Assembly: GCA_044236455.1 (NCBI GenBank) | Contig: JBIIGJ010000003.1 | Coordinates: 1,806-65,805, forward strand | Reading direction: 5' to 3' | Source: Pirellulales bacterium | GTDB taxonomy: Bacteria; Planctomycetota; Planctomycetia; Pirellulales; UBA1268 | Length of the DNA stretch: 64,000 nt | Shown: piece after piece, positions 1 through 10,892 of the stretch | Numbering within the stretch: the first letter of the stretch is position 1 | Layout of the letters: each line of letters starts with the position of its first letter | Translations under genes and position numbers: made by a program | Notes under the pieces: generated by a model | Databases searched by the model: none | Told to the model about the DNA's origin: nothing | The model's input: the letters and a program-made list of their open reading frames with translations, nothing else

Positions 1-1025
1 AACAGGGTGTGCATCGCGAACGAGGCGACCGCGAAGCCCAGGCCCCGCTTTCGCAGGCACAGCCGGTAGAAGCCCTGGTTCATGACGATCAGGGCGAGCC
101 CGCAGGCCAGGGCGGCCCCTGCCGCGGCATGCAGGAACGGCGTTGCCATCATGCAGGCCACGAACAGCACCGCGCAGATGCCGCTCAGCCGGGCCCGCCA
201 GTCGAGGTTGAGCGTGGCGGGCATGTGGCGGGAGTTCACGATCAGCTGCGCCCATGGTTTGGCACGGTGCACGACATCGTCGACGACCATCGAGGCGAGA
301 GTCCATTGCCGGAGCTGCTTGCACCGCAGCTTTGGATCGAGCACGATCCGGCCGCCGTTGTCGGTGACCCGCATGCCGAACTCGATGTCTTCCGCGGTCG
401 GGTGCGCCAGCGTCTCGTCGAACCCGCCGACATCGAGAAAGGCCTCCGTGCGGATGGCCCCGCAGCCCGACCAGAAGCTGCCAATTGTGCCGCGATGCGA
501 CACGTGCGTGTGGTGATGGAGCAGGTTGCGAAACACGCTCGCCGCCGAATGGCCGACTGGTTCGTCGTCGTAGGCACCGAACAGCCCGACAAGGTCGGGA
601 TCGGACCCAAACGCGGAGTGGACGCGATCGATCGCATCCGCGGCAAGTTCCACGTCTGCATCGATGAAGAACAGGATGCTCCCGCGGGCCGCCGTTGCAG
701 CGAGGTTGCGGGCGATCGCCGGCCCGGAACGAGTGTCTGTTTTCACGATCCTGACGCCCGGGCGGTCGAGCCACGTGGGGGTCGGAGGAGCGACGCCGTC
801 GAAGGCGAAGATGACCTCGGCGTTTGCGGCGGTCTCGTCGAGCAGCGACAGGACGCGGCGGGCACACCGCTCGAACGTGCCTGTCCAGAAGACGGTGGGC
901 ATGATCACGGACACATCGAGCCGCCCCACGTCGGAACGGGCCGCGACGCGGCTTCCGGGTGACGCCGTCACCAGATGGTGTGCAGGGTGGTCGTGTTCGA
1001 CGGTCAGCGTGGTCGATTCGTCCAT
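1..1025 (-). CDS. Glycosyltransferase family 2 (GT-A fold) with C-terminal membrane helices; 3' end runs off the window
   Basis: This gene is absent from the ORF track because it has no stop inside the window. My manual reverse-strand translation from the ATG (complement of 1023-1025) reads MDESTTLTVEHD..LDVSVIMPTVFW..ILFFIDADVELAADAI..AEDIEFGMRV. It ends in hydrophobic segments (ICAVLFVACMMATPFL.., ALACGLALIVM). The 'VIMPT' start, the DAD (DxD-like) motif and the ED motif are typical of GT2. The + strand ORFs at 9..962 and 82..516 are low-complexity Arg/Ala/Gly antisense artefacts. Confidence 0.7.
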   Translation of the reverse strand, partial: MDESTTLTVEHDHPAHHLVTASPGSRVAARSDVGRLDVSVIMPTVFWTGTFERCARRVLSLLDETAANAEVIFAFDGVAPPTPTWLDRPGVRIVKTDTRSGPAIARNLAATAARGSILFFIDADVELAADAIDRVHSAFGSDPDLVGLFGAYDDEPVGHSAASVFRNLLHHHTHVSHRGTIGSFWSGCGAIRTEAFLDVGGFDETLAHPTAEDIEFGMRVTDNGGRIVLDPKLRCKQLRQWTLASMVVDDVVHRAKPWAQLIVNSRHMPATLNLDWRARLSGICAVLFVACMMATPFLHAAAGAALACGLALIVMNQGFYRLCLRKRGLGFAVASFAMHTL

Positions 1026-1277
1026 GAGCGATACTGGCGGGACTTGTGTCGATTTCGAATCGTCGGCGTCCACTGCCCGCCGAAGCTTGGCTGTTGCCGA
1101 CTCCACCGACTGTAGATTGAAAGTGCTCGGCGTCCAAGAAAAAATGTGAATTGGCAACGGCGCGCACGAATCGGGAATGGCGCGCACGAAATAGCGCATC
1201 GGCTGGCATTTCGGCAGCCGAGCCCCCTCGACGGAGGAGGTTGATCTGCAGGCCAGGGCTCGCGTTTCCACAGACAG

Positions 1278-1691
1278 TCAGGGCCCCTGCGACCGGAGGG
1301 CGAAGTCGAGGCCGTTCGTTCCGGCGACGACTCGTGCGTCGAGCTGTGAGCGGGAGTGGTAGCGTGGCGGGAGCAGTTCCCGGCCACCGTTCGCCTCGCT
1401 GGCGGTGGTGATCCGCACGGTGTGTTGGTCGATGTTGGCACCGCGAATGTCTCGCAGGTAGCGGAGTTCATAACGGCCTTCGGTGTCGCTGGTGCCCTCT
1501 GAGGTGCGGCCTGGCCCTGCCGGTGTGAATCGCACGGTCGCGTTGGCGAGCGGCTCGCCGTCGAGCGTGACGATGCCGCTGACGTGGCCCAGCGGCGGCT
1601 GGTGCGATGGGGAGCAGCCGAGGATGGCCAGCGAGGTGATCACGCACGTGGTCTGTCGCAGGTGGCTGGCAGAGCAACGGATGGAGGGCAT
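1278..1691 (-). CDS. Small lipoprotein with carboxypeptidase-regulatory-like beta-sandwich pattern
   Basis: I use the internal ATG (complement of 1689-1691) of ORF 1278..1862. The N-terminus MPSIRCSASHLRQTTCVITSLAILGCSP has a lipobox-like LAILGC. It is followed by GIVTLDGEPLANATVRFTP..TDTEGRYEL. The start lies 22 nt downstream of the DUF1559 gene stop, a pairing typical of planctomycetes. Confidence 0.6.
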   Translation of the reverse strand: MPSIRCSASHLRQTTCVITSLAILGCSPSHQPPLGHVSGIVTLDGEPLANATVRFTPAGPGRTSEGTSDTEGRYELRYLRDIRGANIDQHTVRITTASEANGGRELLPPRYHSRSQLDARVVAGTNGLDFALRSQGP

Positions 1692-1713
1692 CGCGAGGAG
1701 GCTCCGGAACCGG

Positions 1714-2802
1714 TCAATAGCCTGCGCCGGCAAGGCTGGCGACGGCCCCGTCGCGTATCGAGCCGAGGAGCGGGAACAGTGCGTTGTTGTCCTTGGCGTC
1801 GATGAATTCGCCGAGCCACTGCACGGAGCCGTCGGCCATCGCGAAGAAGCAGCCGCCGACATGCTCGCTGCCAGGCGACTCGAAGAAGAGATTGTTCATG
1901 CCGCCGGGGTTGGAGTGGCCCGGATCGGTCGCCGTGGTGAAGAGCGTGGCCGCGCCCCCCGCGGCCCAGCCGTCCTGGCTGGTGCGGTTGGAGGTGTTGG
2001 CGGCGCCAGTTGCTCCGGCGACCGGCCGCAGGCGTTGCAGTTCGCCCAGCATGATCGTGTTGGTCAGGCCGTCGCTCGCGGCAGTCAGCAGCCTGCCGGC
2101 ATTGGGCAGAAGCACGCCCTCGCGATTGCCCGAGGAGCCGCTGACGGGAGTGTCGACGTCGGCGAAGCGATGGTCGTCGCCCGTGTCGTTCAGGAAGCCG
2201 TCGAGGCGGCCGTAGCAGCCGCCGTAGTCGGTGCCGCCGCCCCGCCAGCTGGTGTCGACGAGATTTTTATGGTCGTCACGGTCGATGCGGATGCCTGATC
2301 GGCGACTGGGGCAGTAGAGCGTGGGGATGTTGGTCTGGGCCACGGCGGCATTGCCCAGCACGTTGGTGGAACGGTTCCAGCGGGTGAACAGCTGCGACTG
2401 CTCCAGGAATGGCAGCACCGGCACGATCCAACTCGAGCCCTGCTTCGTGCCCGGCGTGAAGGAGGCGATCCGGGCCTCGGCCCAGGGGTTCCAGCAGCCG
2501 GTGCAGGTGGCCGGATTGAACGCTTCGCTGACCACCGCGGCGGCGGGCAGGCGGCGGCTGCTCGCCTCGTAGTTCAGCACCGCAAACGCCAGTTGTCGGA
2601 GGTTGTGCTGGCAGATCCCGCGCCGCGCCGACTCACGCGCGGCCTGCGCGGCGGGCAGCAGCAGCCCGGCCAGGATGGCGATGATCGCAATGACGACGAG
2701 CAGCTCGACCAGGCTAAAGCCGGGCCTGCTCCCGCGATCAATTCTTCCCTGACTCCAGCCGATCGACCTCTCCGTGAGTCGATCCGTCCCTGTCCGAAAC
2801 AA
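1714..2802 (-). CDS. DUF1559 domain protein with prepilin-type N-terminal cleavage/methylation motif
   Basis: The N-terminus ..GSRPGFSLVELLVVIAIIAILAGLLLPAAQAARESARR is a type IV pilin-like signal (G/F-S-L-V-E). The rest matches the DUF1559 pattern (..LYCPS.., ..GGMNNLFFESPGSEHVGGCFFAMADGSV). Confidence 0.9.
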   Translation of the reverse strand: MFRTGTDRLTERSIGWSQGRIDRGSRPGFSLVELLVVIAIIAILAGLLLPAAQAARESARRGICQHNLRQLAFAVLNYEASSRRLPAAAVVSEAFNPATCTGCWNPWAEARIASFTPGTKQGSSWIVPVLPFLEQSQLFTRWNRSTNVLGNAAVAQTNIPTLYCPSRRSGIRIDRDDHKNLVDTSWRGGGTDYGGCYGRLDGFLNDTGDDHRFADVDTPVSGSSGNREGVLLPNAGRLLTAASDGLTNTIMLGELQRLRPVAGATGAANTSNRTSQDGWAAGGAATLFTTATDPGHSNPGGMNNLFFESPGSEHVGGCFFAMADGSVQWLGEFIDAKDNNALFPLLGSIRDGAVASLAGAGY

Positions 2803-2969
2803 TTCCCGCGATTCCGTGCACGTCGTGACGAATGTGGCCGCTGCGTTGCGGTGTGATGCTCGTTATATGGGTGGTCGGATCCCCCGCAAGGGGATGTCTG
2901 CAGAGGCGGGCAGGATCGACCAAAACCGAGAAGACGGAGTGCCAAGAGACCGGGCGACGAGACCGAACG

Positions 2970-3006
2970 CCAAAAGAAAAGGACCCGTGGTTTGAACCAC
3001 GGGTCC
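2970..3006 (-). terminator. Orphan Rho-independent terminator-like hairpin (reads correctly only on the minus strand)
   Basis: There is a perfect 10-bp stem, GGACCCGTGG (2981-2990) paired with CCACGGGTCC (2997-3006), and a 6-nt loop. On the minus strand the hairpin is followed by TTTTCTTTTGG (complement of 2970-2980). No annotated minus-strand gene lies upstream of it, between 3007 and 3347. Confidence 0.45.
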
Positions 3007-3347
3007 GGTAGCGGCTCTAGAAGTGTGGGTCTTTGGGGGGGGGGAACAGCCGCTGAAGAGATCGGTAAGTGTTTTGTGGGGAGGTCGCCCTCGCCTGACT
3101 CAACCATACCCCACAATCGCTGGCGTGTCGACTCCGGCGGAATATTTTTCTCGCAATCCCGTGCACCAGCGGCCTGTTCTCAGATTTTTGCCGGCTTTCA
3201 ACGCGGTTTTTCGGGGCTGTGGCAACGGACACTTCTCCGCCCGGAGACCAGTTCGTTAGGCTACCCGCCGGCTGGCCAGCCCCGACTTTCCCCGGTTGGT
3301 GCCAGCCTCGATCCCCCCAGGCGTCTCACCCCTCAAGGTTTCCATCC

Positions 3348-6062
<2,715 letters not shown>

Positions 6063-6269
6063 CGCGGCCCGCAGCCCACGGCGGCACTTAGATCAGACGG
6101 AAATCTCTGCGCAGGCCGCAAGGTCTCGAAGCGTTTCGCAGAAGCGACCAGGCAACGTATACTGAGACCTGTCGCCGCATGACCGCGGCGTTGATTCGTG
6201 GATCGTGCAGCCCGGATTTGCTGCACGCGTTGTCGCTCTCGCGTTTACTCGCACGGAGGGGAGCATTCG

Positions 6270-7919
6270 ATGGGAGTTGGCATCATGAACGCGATGGCTG
6301 GCGTTGGGAGTGAATACGGCGAGACGGTCGTCGCTGATCGGAGCCGGCCGCGGGCGCACTCGCGTGAGGCGATCGAACGCGTGGTTTTCGAGGAAGTCGC
6401 CCGGGTCAGTTCGACCGCCACGATCCGTACGCTCGTTCCAGAGTCGTCGCTCGCCGGCTGCGGCATCGACACCGCCCGTTTCCTCGACGTGATCACCCGC
6501 ATCGAGGGCCGCTACCAGATGCGGTTTCGCGACGAGTGGCTCGAAGGCATTCGCACCTGCGCGGATCTCGTCGATTGCATCGCCATTCGCATGTTCGATG
6601 AGGCCGATCGTGCGGGGGAGGTGGCCGAGCGAATGAGCCGCACGGCAGGCCCGCAGCCAGCCGTCCAGAGGAATCCCCGGCGGACCGCGTCTGTCACGGC
6701 CACCCGCGTGTTACCGGCAGCCGACAGCTTTGCGTTTCCGGAGTGCGTGGCCCTGGAGGAGCGGCTCGCTGGCCTTGAGGCGGCTGGGCTCGAAAATCCG
6801 TTCCTTCGGGCCAACGAAGAGGTGCGGGGTCGCACATCGCGGGTCGGCGGCCGCGAGGTCGTCAGCTTCACGAGCTTCGACTACCTCGGTTTGGCCGGTC
6901 ATCCCGATGTGACGCGGGCCGCCAAGGAGGCGATCGACCGCTTTGGCTGCAGCGCCTCGGCCAGCCGCATGGTCGGTGGCAACAACACGATCCTCGACGA
7001 ACTCGACGCCGAACTGGCGAGGTTTCTCGGCACGGAGCGGGCTGTCGTATTCCCCTGCGGCTACGGCACGAACGCCTCGGTGTTCAACCATCTCTTCGGT
7101 GCTGGCGACCTGATCCTCTACGACGAACTGGCCCACAACAGCATCATGCAGGGGGCCGGCGCGTCGAAGTCTGGCAAGCGTTCGTTTCGGCACAACGACC
7201 ACGAACAGCTCGACGGTCTGCTCCGCGACCTGCGGTCGCAGTACAAGCGGGTGGTGGTGGCAATCGAAGGCGTCTATAGCATGGACGGCGACTACCCCGA
7301 CCTGCCGAAGTTCATCGAGGTGAAGAAGCGTCACGACGCGTTGCTCTATGTGGACGAGGCGCATTCGCTCGGCACGATGGGCCCGGAAGGCCGCGGCATC
7401 TGCGATTTCTTTGGCTGCGACCCCGCGGATGGCGACCTCTGGATGGGCACGATCAGCAAGGCGCTCGGGGCCGGCGGCGGCTACCTCGCCGGCGGTGAGC
7501 GGCTGATCCGCTATCTTGGCTACACAACTCCCGCGTTCGTGTTTTCGACCGCCTGCTCGCCGCCAAACGCCGCCGCGGCGCTCGAGGGGCTGCGGGTGAT
7601 CCAGCGGGAGCCGTGGCGGGTGACGCGGCTGCGGGAACGGTCGGAGCTTTTCCTGAAGCTCGCGGCCGACTGCGATCTCGACACCGGCGAGAGCAGCGAT
7701 ACTCCCGTGATCCCCGTCATCGTCGGCAGTTCGTCGCGGGCGATCCTCGTCTCGCAGATGCTCTTGGAGCGGGGCATCAACGCCCGGCCGATTCTCTATC
7801 CGGCCGTCCGCGAGAGTGCCGCCCGCGTGCGGTTCTTCATCACGAGCGAGCACAGCGAAGAGCAGATTGTGCAGGCCGTCGAGGCCGTCGCCGACGTGAT
7901 GGCCGCGACGAAGGGCTAG
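6270..7919 (+). CDS. Fusion of an ACP-like domain and an alpha-oxoamine synthase (BioF/KBL/serine palmitoyltransferase family), PLP-dependent
   Basis: The ATG at 6270 is preceded by GGAGGGG. The N-terminal ~110 aa show a carrier-protein pattern (..ESSLAGCGIDTARFLDVITRIEGRYQM..). The AOS core follows: ..FTSFDYLGLAGHP.., ..GYGTNASVF.., ..VDEAHSLG.., and the PLP-lysine motif GTISKALGAGGGY. Confidence 0.85.
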   Translation: MGVGIMNAMAGVGSEYGETVVADRSRPRAHSREAIERVVFEEVARVSSTATIRTLVPESSLAGCGIDTARFLDVITRIEGRYQMRFRDEWLEGIRTCADLVDCIAIRMFDEADRAGEVAERMSRTAGPQPAVQRNPRRTASVTATRVLPAADSFAFPECVALEERLAGLEAAGLENPFLRANEEVRGRTSRVGGREVVSFTSFDYLGLAGHPDVTRAAKEAIDRFGCSASASRMVGGNNTILDELDAELARFLGTERAVVFPCGYGTNASVFNHLFGAGDLILYDELAHNSIMQGAGASKSGKRSFRHNDHEQLDGLLRDLRSQYKRVVVAIEGVYSMDGDYPDLPKFIEVKKRHDALLYVDEAHSLGTMGPEGRGICDFFGCDPADGDLWMGTISKALGAGGGYLAGGERLIRYLGYTTPAFVFSTACSPPNAAAALEGLRVIQREPWRVTRLRERSELFLKLAADCDLDTGESSDTPVIPVIVGSSSRAILVSQMLLERGINARPILYPAVRESAARVRFFITSEHSEEQIVQAVEAVADVMAATKG

Positions 7920-7964
7920 TCCGCATCAGGCCGAGAGGGCTGGCTGATCCCTGCGTCAACACGA

Positions 7965-8062
7965 TCCCGTCGCTTCCGCTCAGGGCTTGTATTGGGGCGT
8001 GGGCTGACGGTTCATGGCCGCGCTGCCCTTGCCATAAAAGCCCCGGGCGGAAGCCCGGGGAC
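7965..8062. repeat. Copy 1 of a ~98-bp TIR/hairpin intergenic element (MITE/REP-like)
   Basis: The sequence is TCCCGTCGCTTCCGCTCAGGGCTTGTATTGGGG...AAAAGCCCCGGGCGGAAGCCCGGGGAC. The 5' 33 nt are identical to the copy at 12089. The 3' hairpin is CCCCGGGC-GGAA-GCCCGGGG (8041-8060). The ends are imperfect inverted repeats (GTCCCGTCGCTTCCGC versus the reverse complement GTCCCCGGGCTTCCGC). Confidence 0.85.
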
Positions 8063-10466
8063 TGTGTTCACCCGACGGCTTGCTGCCGAAGATGCCGTCA
8101 CGACGCACCACCTGCCGCCGCTGCACGAAGGCGTCGGTGACGACCAAAAGCGCCGGCAGAAACACGAGCTCCGCGATCGTGGCCGCGGCCACCGCGGCGC
8201 AGGCGAGCATGCCGAAGCCCGCTAGCGCTGGCACGGAGCTCACCGTCACTGCCGCAAACCCGATGGCCAGCACGAGGCCGCCGATCACGACCGCATTGCC
8301 CGTCTCCGCCACGGCACGGCGGATGGCGCTGGCGATCGAAAGCCCCTCGCGGCGCTGCCGCTGCAGTGCCGAAAGCACGTGCACCGTGTCGTCCACGGCG
8401 AGTCCCAGGCAGACGTTGAACACGATCACCGTCGCGGGGTCGAGTGACCTTCCCAGTGCGACCAACAGCGCTCCGATCACCGCGAGCGGGAAGACGTTGG
8501 GAATCAGGCTCACGATCCCCGCCAGCGGCGAGCGGAAGGCGAGGGCGAGGATGCCGCCGATGACGGCCACCTCGAGCAGCAGGCTCGAGCCAAGGTCGCG
8601 CACCAGCTGGCGGATGTTGCGGGCCGAGACGACCGACATGCCTGCCAGTTCAAACGTCCAGCCGGGCCGTTTGGCCGCGAGCGTGGCCAGCCCAGCATCG
8701 ATCCTGTCGTAGACGCCTTCCAGCTTCCGCGATCCCAGATCGCTCACGCGGGCCCGCACGATCGCCATGCGGTCCTGCTCGTCGACCAGATCGCGAAACT
8801 CGGCGGCATCGAGCCGCTGCCTGGCCCGTTCCGGCAGTGGGCCGGCCACCGTGGACAGCGATATCGCCCGCGTGATCCCGCCCGATCGTACGAGCACGTC
8901 GTGCACCTCGTCGAGCGACTCCAGCACCGGCGCATCGACCCAGCCAAGACCCTCCGGCCAGCGAACCACCACGTCGACGCCCATCGCGCCGCCAAACTCC
9001 TTGTCGACGTGGGCGAGCGCCTGGGAGGCTGCGGCTCCCCGCGGCAGGCTGTCTGCCACGTGGTTGTCGGCATCGAGCCCCGCGGCCACGGCGGCCAGCA
9101 GGAGCGTGGCGACGCAGCCGACCGCCGAGATCAACCGGGCGTGCCGCACCGAGAAGGCCGTGAGGCCAGCCGCCAGGCGGCCCGCGTGGCGGGATGATCG
9201 TCCCAGTCGCAGACCGCTGAAGGCGGGCGTGGAGGCGAGCAGCGGAGTGATCAGCGTGACCGCGAGGAAACTCGCCACGGCGCCCGCTGCCGCGGCCAGG
9301 CCGAAGTTGCGGACCGCGTCGATCCGCGCCGCAGCCAGTGACGCGAAGCCGATCGCCGTCACCAGGCTCGTCAGGCCGCAGGCCGCGCCTACCCGCCGGA
9401 TGGCGCCGCTCGATGCGGCCACGCCAGCCACACCACGCCGCGCGCTGCGGCGCATGTCTTCGATGAAGTGGATCGAATCACAGGTTCCCACCACGAGTGC
9501 CAGCGACGGCACCACGCTGGTGAGCAGGTTCACCGGCACTCCGCAGAGGCCGAGGAGGCCCATCGCCCATACCGCGCCCACGAACGGCGGCACGCAGGCG
9601 ACGATCGTGGCCCGGATGCTCCGGGCCACGGCTGCCGAAAGCACGACCGCCAGGCCGAGGCCCAGCGAGTTGAAGAGCAGCATGTCGCGCCGGAGGGCCT
9701 GCGCCGCTTGCTCGCGGAGGGACGGCAGGCCGGTGAGTGCCAGTTTCAGCACGCCCGAGCCGTCGTCTGCCTGCTCGTCGGCGAGCAGTTTTTCGATGCG
9801 GGCCACCACCTCGCCCAGCCGGGGTGGCCTGTCGGCGGCGGCCTCCAGCCGGGCGATGAGCAGGCTGGAGGCCGCGTTGGCGGAGAGCAGGTGGCCGGTG
9901 ATCAGCGGATGGTCGATGGCGCGGGCCCTGGCGGCCTCGCCCTCCGCTGCGGCGAGTTCGCCCTCGACGTGCGGGATCACCGGCAGCACCGCGCCGACGA
10001 CGCCCTGGCGGCGGACGTCGAACATCGACCGCACCTGCTCCACGCCATCGACATGCGCCAGCCTGTCGGCGAGCGACCGGAGGGCCTCCAGTGACGGGCC
10101 GTCGAACAGGTCGCCCGAGCGGGCCGTGGCCTGGATGATGCAATCCCGGTCGGGCGCCCCGAAACGGTCTGCCACCTCATCCACCAGACGAAAATCGGCA
10201 GCGGCATCCCTCAGGAGCGACCGGAGATCGTCGTCGATCTTCAGGCGGGACAGCCCGACCGCGGCCAGTAGCGTCAGGAGCCCGACGGCGAGTGCGGCGA
10301 AGAATCGCCAGCGGGACGGGGCAGGAGGTGCAGTTCCTCCGGATCGACGATCCAGCCCCGGCAGTCCGGCACCCCGCAGCGGCAGGGAATCGCCGCGTCC
10401 GCTGGCCAGCAATAGTCGATCAGCAGTTCGTCGCCCGCGTTGATCGAACGGATCGTTTGCAGCCAC
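7980..10466 (-). CDS. MMPL/RND-superfamily transporter (HpnN/MmpL-like lipid exporter); start codon uncertain
   Basis: The protein is 828 aa with two blocks of about 6 TM helices, each preceded by a soluble loop (..SIHFIEDMRRSARRG.., ..VDDTVHVLSALQRQRREG..), which is typical MMPL/SSD topology. The longest ORF overlaps the upstream SET gene by 193 nt. The first TM (SRWRFFAALAVGLL) begins near 10316, so a downstream non-ATG start is possible. The last ~27 codons lie inside repeat copy 1. Confidence 0.85.
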   Translation of the reverse strand: MAANDPFDQRGRRTADRLLLASGRGDSLPLRGAGLPGLDRRSGGTAPPAPSRWRFFAALAVGLLTLLAAVGLSRLKIDDDLRSLLRDAAADFRLVDEVADRFGAPDRDCIIQATARSGDLFDGPSLEALRSLADRLAHVDGVEQVRSMFDVRRQGVVGAVLPVIPHVEGELAAAEGEAARARAIDHPLITGHLLSANAASSLLIARLEAAADRPPRLGEVVARIEKLLADEQADDGSGVLKLALTGLPSLREQAAQALRRDMLLFNSLGLGLAVVLSAAVARSIRATIVACVPPFVGAVWAMGLLGLCGVPVNLLTSVVPSLALVVGTCDSIHFIEDMRRSARRGVAGVAASSGAIRRVGAACGLTSLVTAIGFASLAAARIDAVRNFGLAAAAGAVASFLAVTLITPLLASTPAFSGLRLGRSSRHAGRLAAGLTAFSVRHARLISAVGCVATLLLAAVAAGLDADNHVADSLPRGAAASQALAHVDKEFGGAMGVDVVVRWPEGLGWVDAPVLESLDEVHDVLVRSGGITRAISLSTVAGPLPERARQRLDAAEFRDLVDEQDRMAIVRARVSDLGSRKLEGVYDRIDAGLATLAAKRPGWTFELAGMSVVSARNIRQLVRDLGSSLLLEVAVIGGILALAFRSPLAGIVSLIPNVFPLAVIGALLVALGRSLDPATVIVFNVCLGLAVDDTVHVLSALQRQRREGLSIASAIRRAVAETGNAVVIGGLVLAIGFAAVTVSSVPALAGFGMLACAAVAAATIAELVFLPALLVVTDAFVQRRQVVRRDGIFGSKPSGEHSPRASARGFYGKGSAAMNRQPTPQYKP

Positions 10467-10828
10467 AGCCGGTCTTCCTGGAGGCTTCCGTCCTCGTCAA
10501 ACCAATAGAAAAGCTCGCAGTTCGGATCGCAACTGTGGTTCAGGAATCGCAGCGGAGCGGCCGGTTCGAGCACCCTGCCGCTCGGCAACTCCATACAATA
10601 GCTGGGATCATCGGGCTCCACCGGGAAAATCTCGCCCTGAATCTCCCCCAGCACCATGCCGGCCTTGAGCTTCCGCCGGGCGAACACCCCGCGGCCGACG
10701 TGGGTCTCGTCCACCCGCACGAACTGGCGGAGACGTTCGTCTCCCGGCCGACGGGATTTTCCTGGCGAGCGGGCCCCCGATTCTACAGGCTTGTCTGGCA
10801 GAAGCTGTGTATCCTGATGGAAACTCAT
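10274..10828 (-). CDS. SET-domain protein (putative lysine methyltransferase) with post-SET Cys motif
   Basis: SET signatures are present: ..GRGVFARRKLKAGMVLGEIQGEIF.., ..RFLNHSCDPNCELF.., ..INAGDELLIDY.., and post-SET ..CRCGVPDCRGWI... Confidence 0.85.
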   Translation of the reverse strand: MSFHQDTQLLPDKPVESGARSPGKSRRPGDERLRQFVRVDETHVGRGVFARRKLKAGMVLGEIQGEIFPVEPDDPSYCMELPSGRVLEPAAPLRFLNHSCDPNCELFYWFDEDGSLQEDRLWLQTIRSINAGDELLIDYCWPADAAIPCRCGVPDCRGWIVDPEELHLLPRPAGDSSPHSPSGS

Positions 10829-10892
10829 GGCCTGGATGGGTATGGCGTGTCTTAAAGAACGTTTTTCGTCGGTCTGGAAAACTCTAGCGGTG

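Noticed and set aside
9-962. A 317-aa + strand ORF, plus the overlapping ORFs 82..516, 242..661 and 664..1149, at the window start.
   Set aside because: All are Arg/Ala/Gly/Pro-rich with no motifs. The reverse strand in another frame gives a clean GT2 glycosyltransferase running off the window. These are typical high-GC shadow ORFs.
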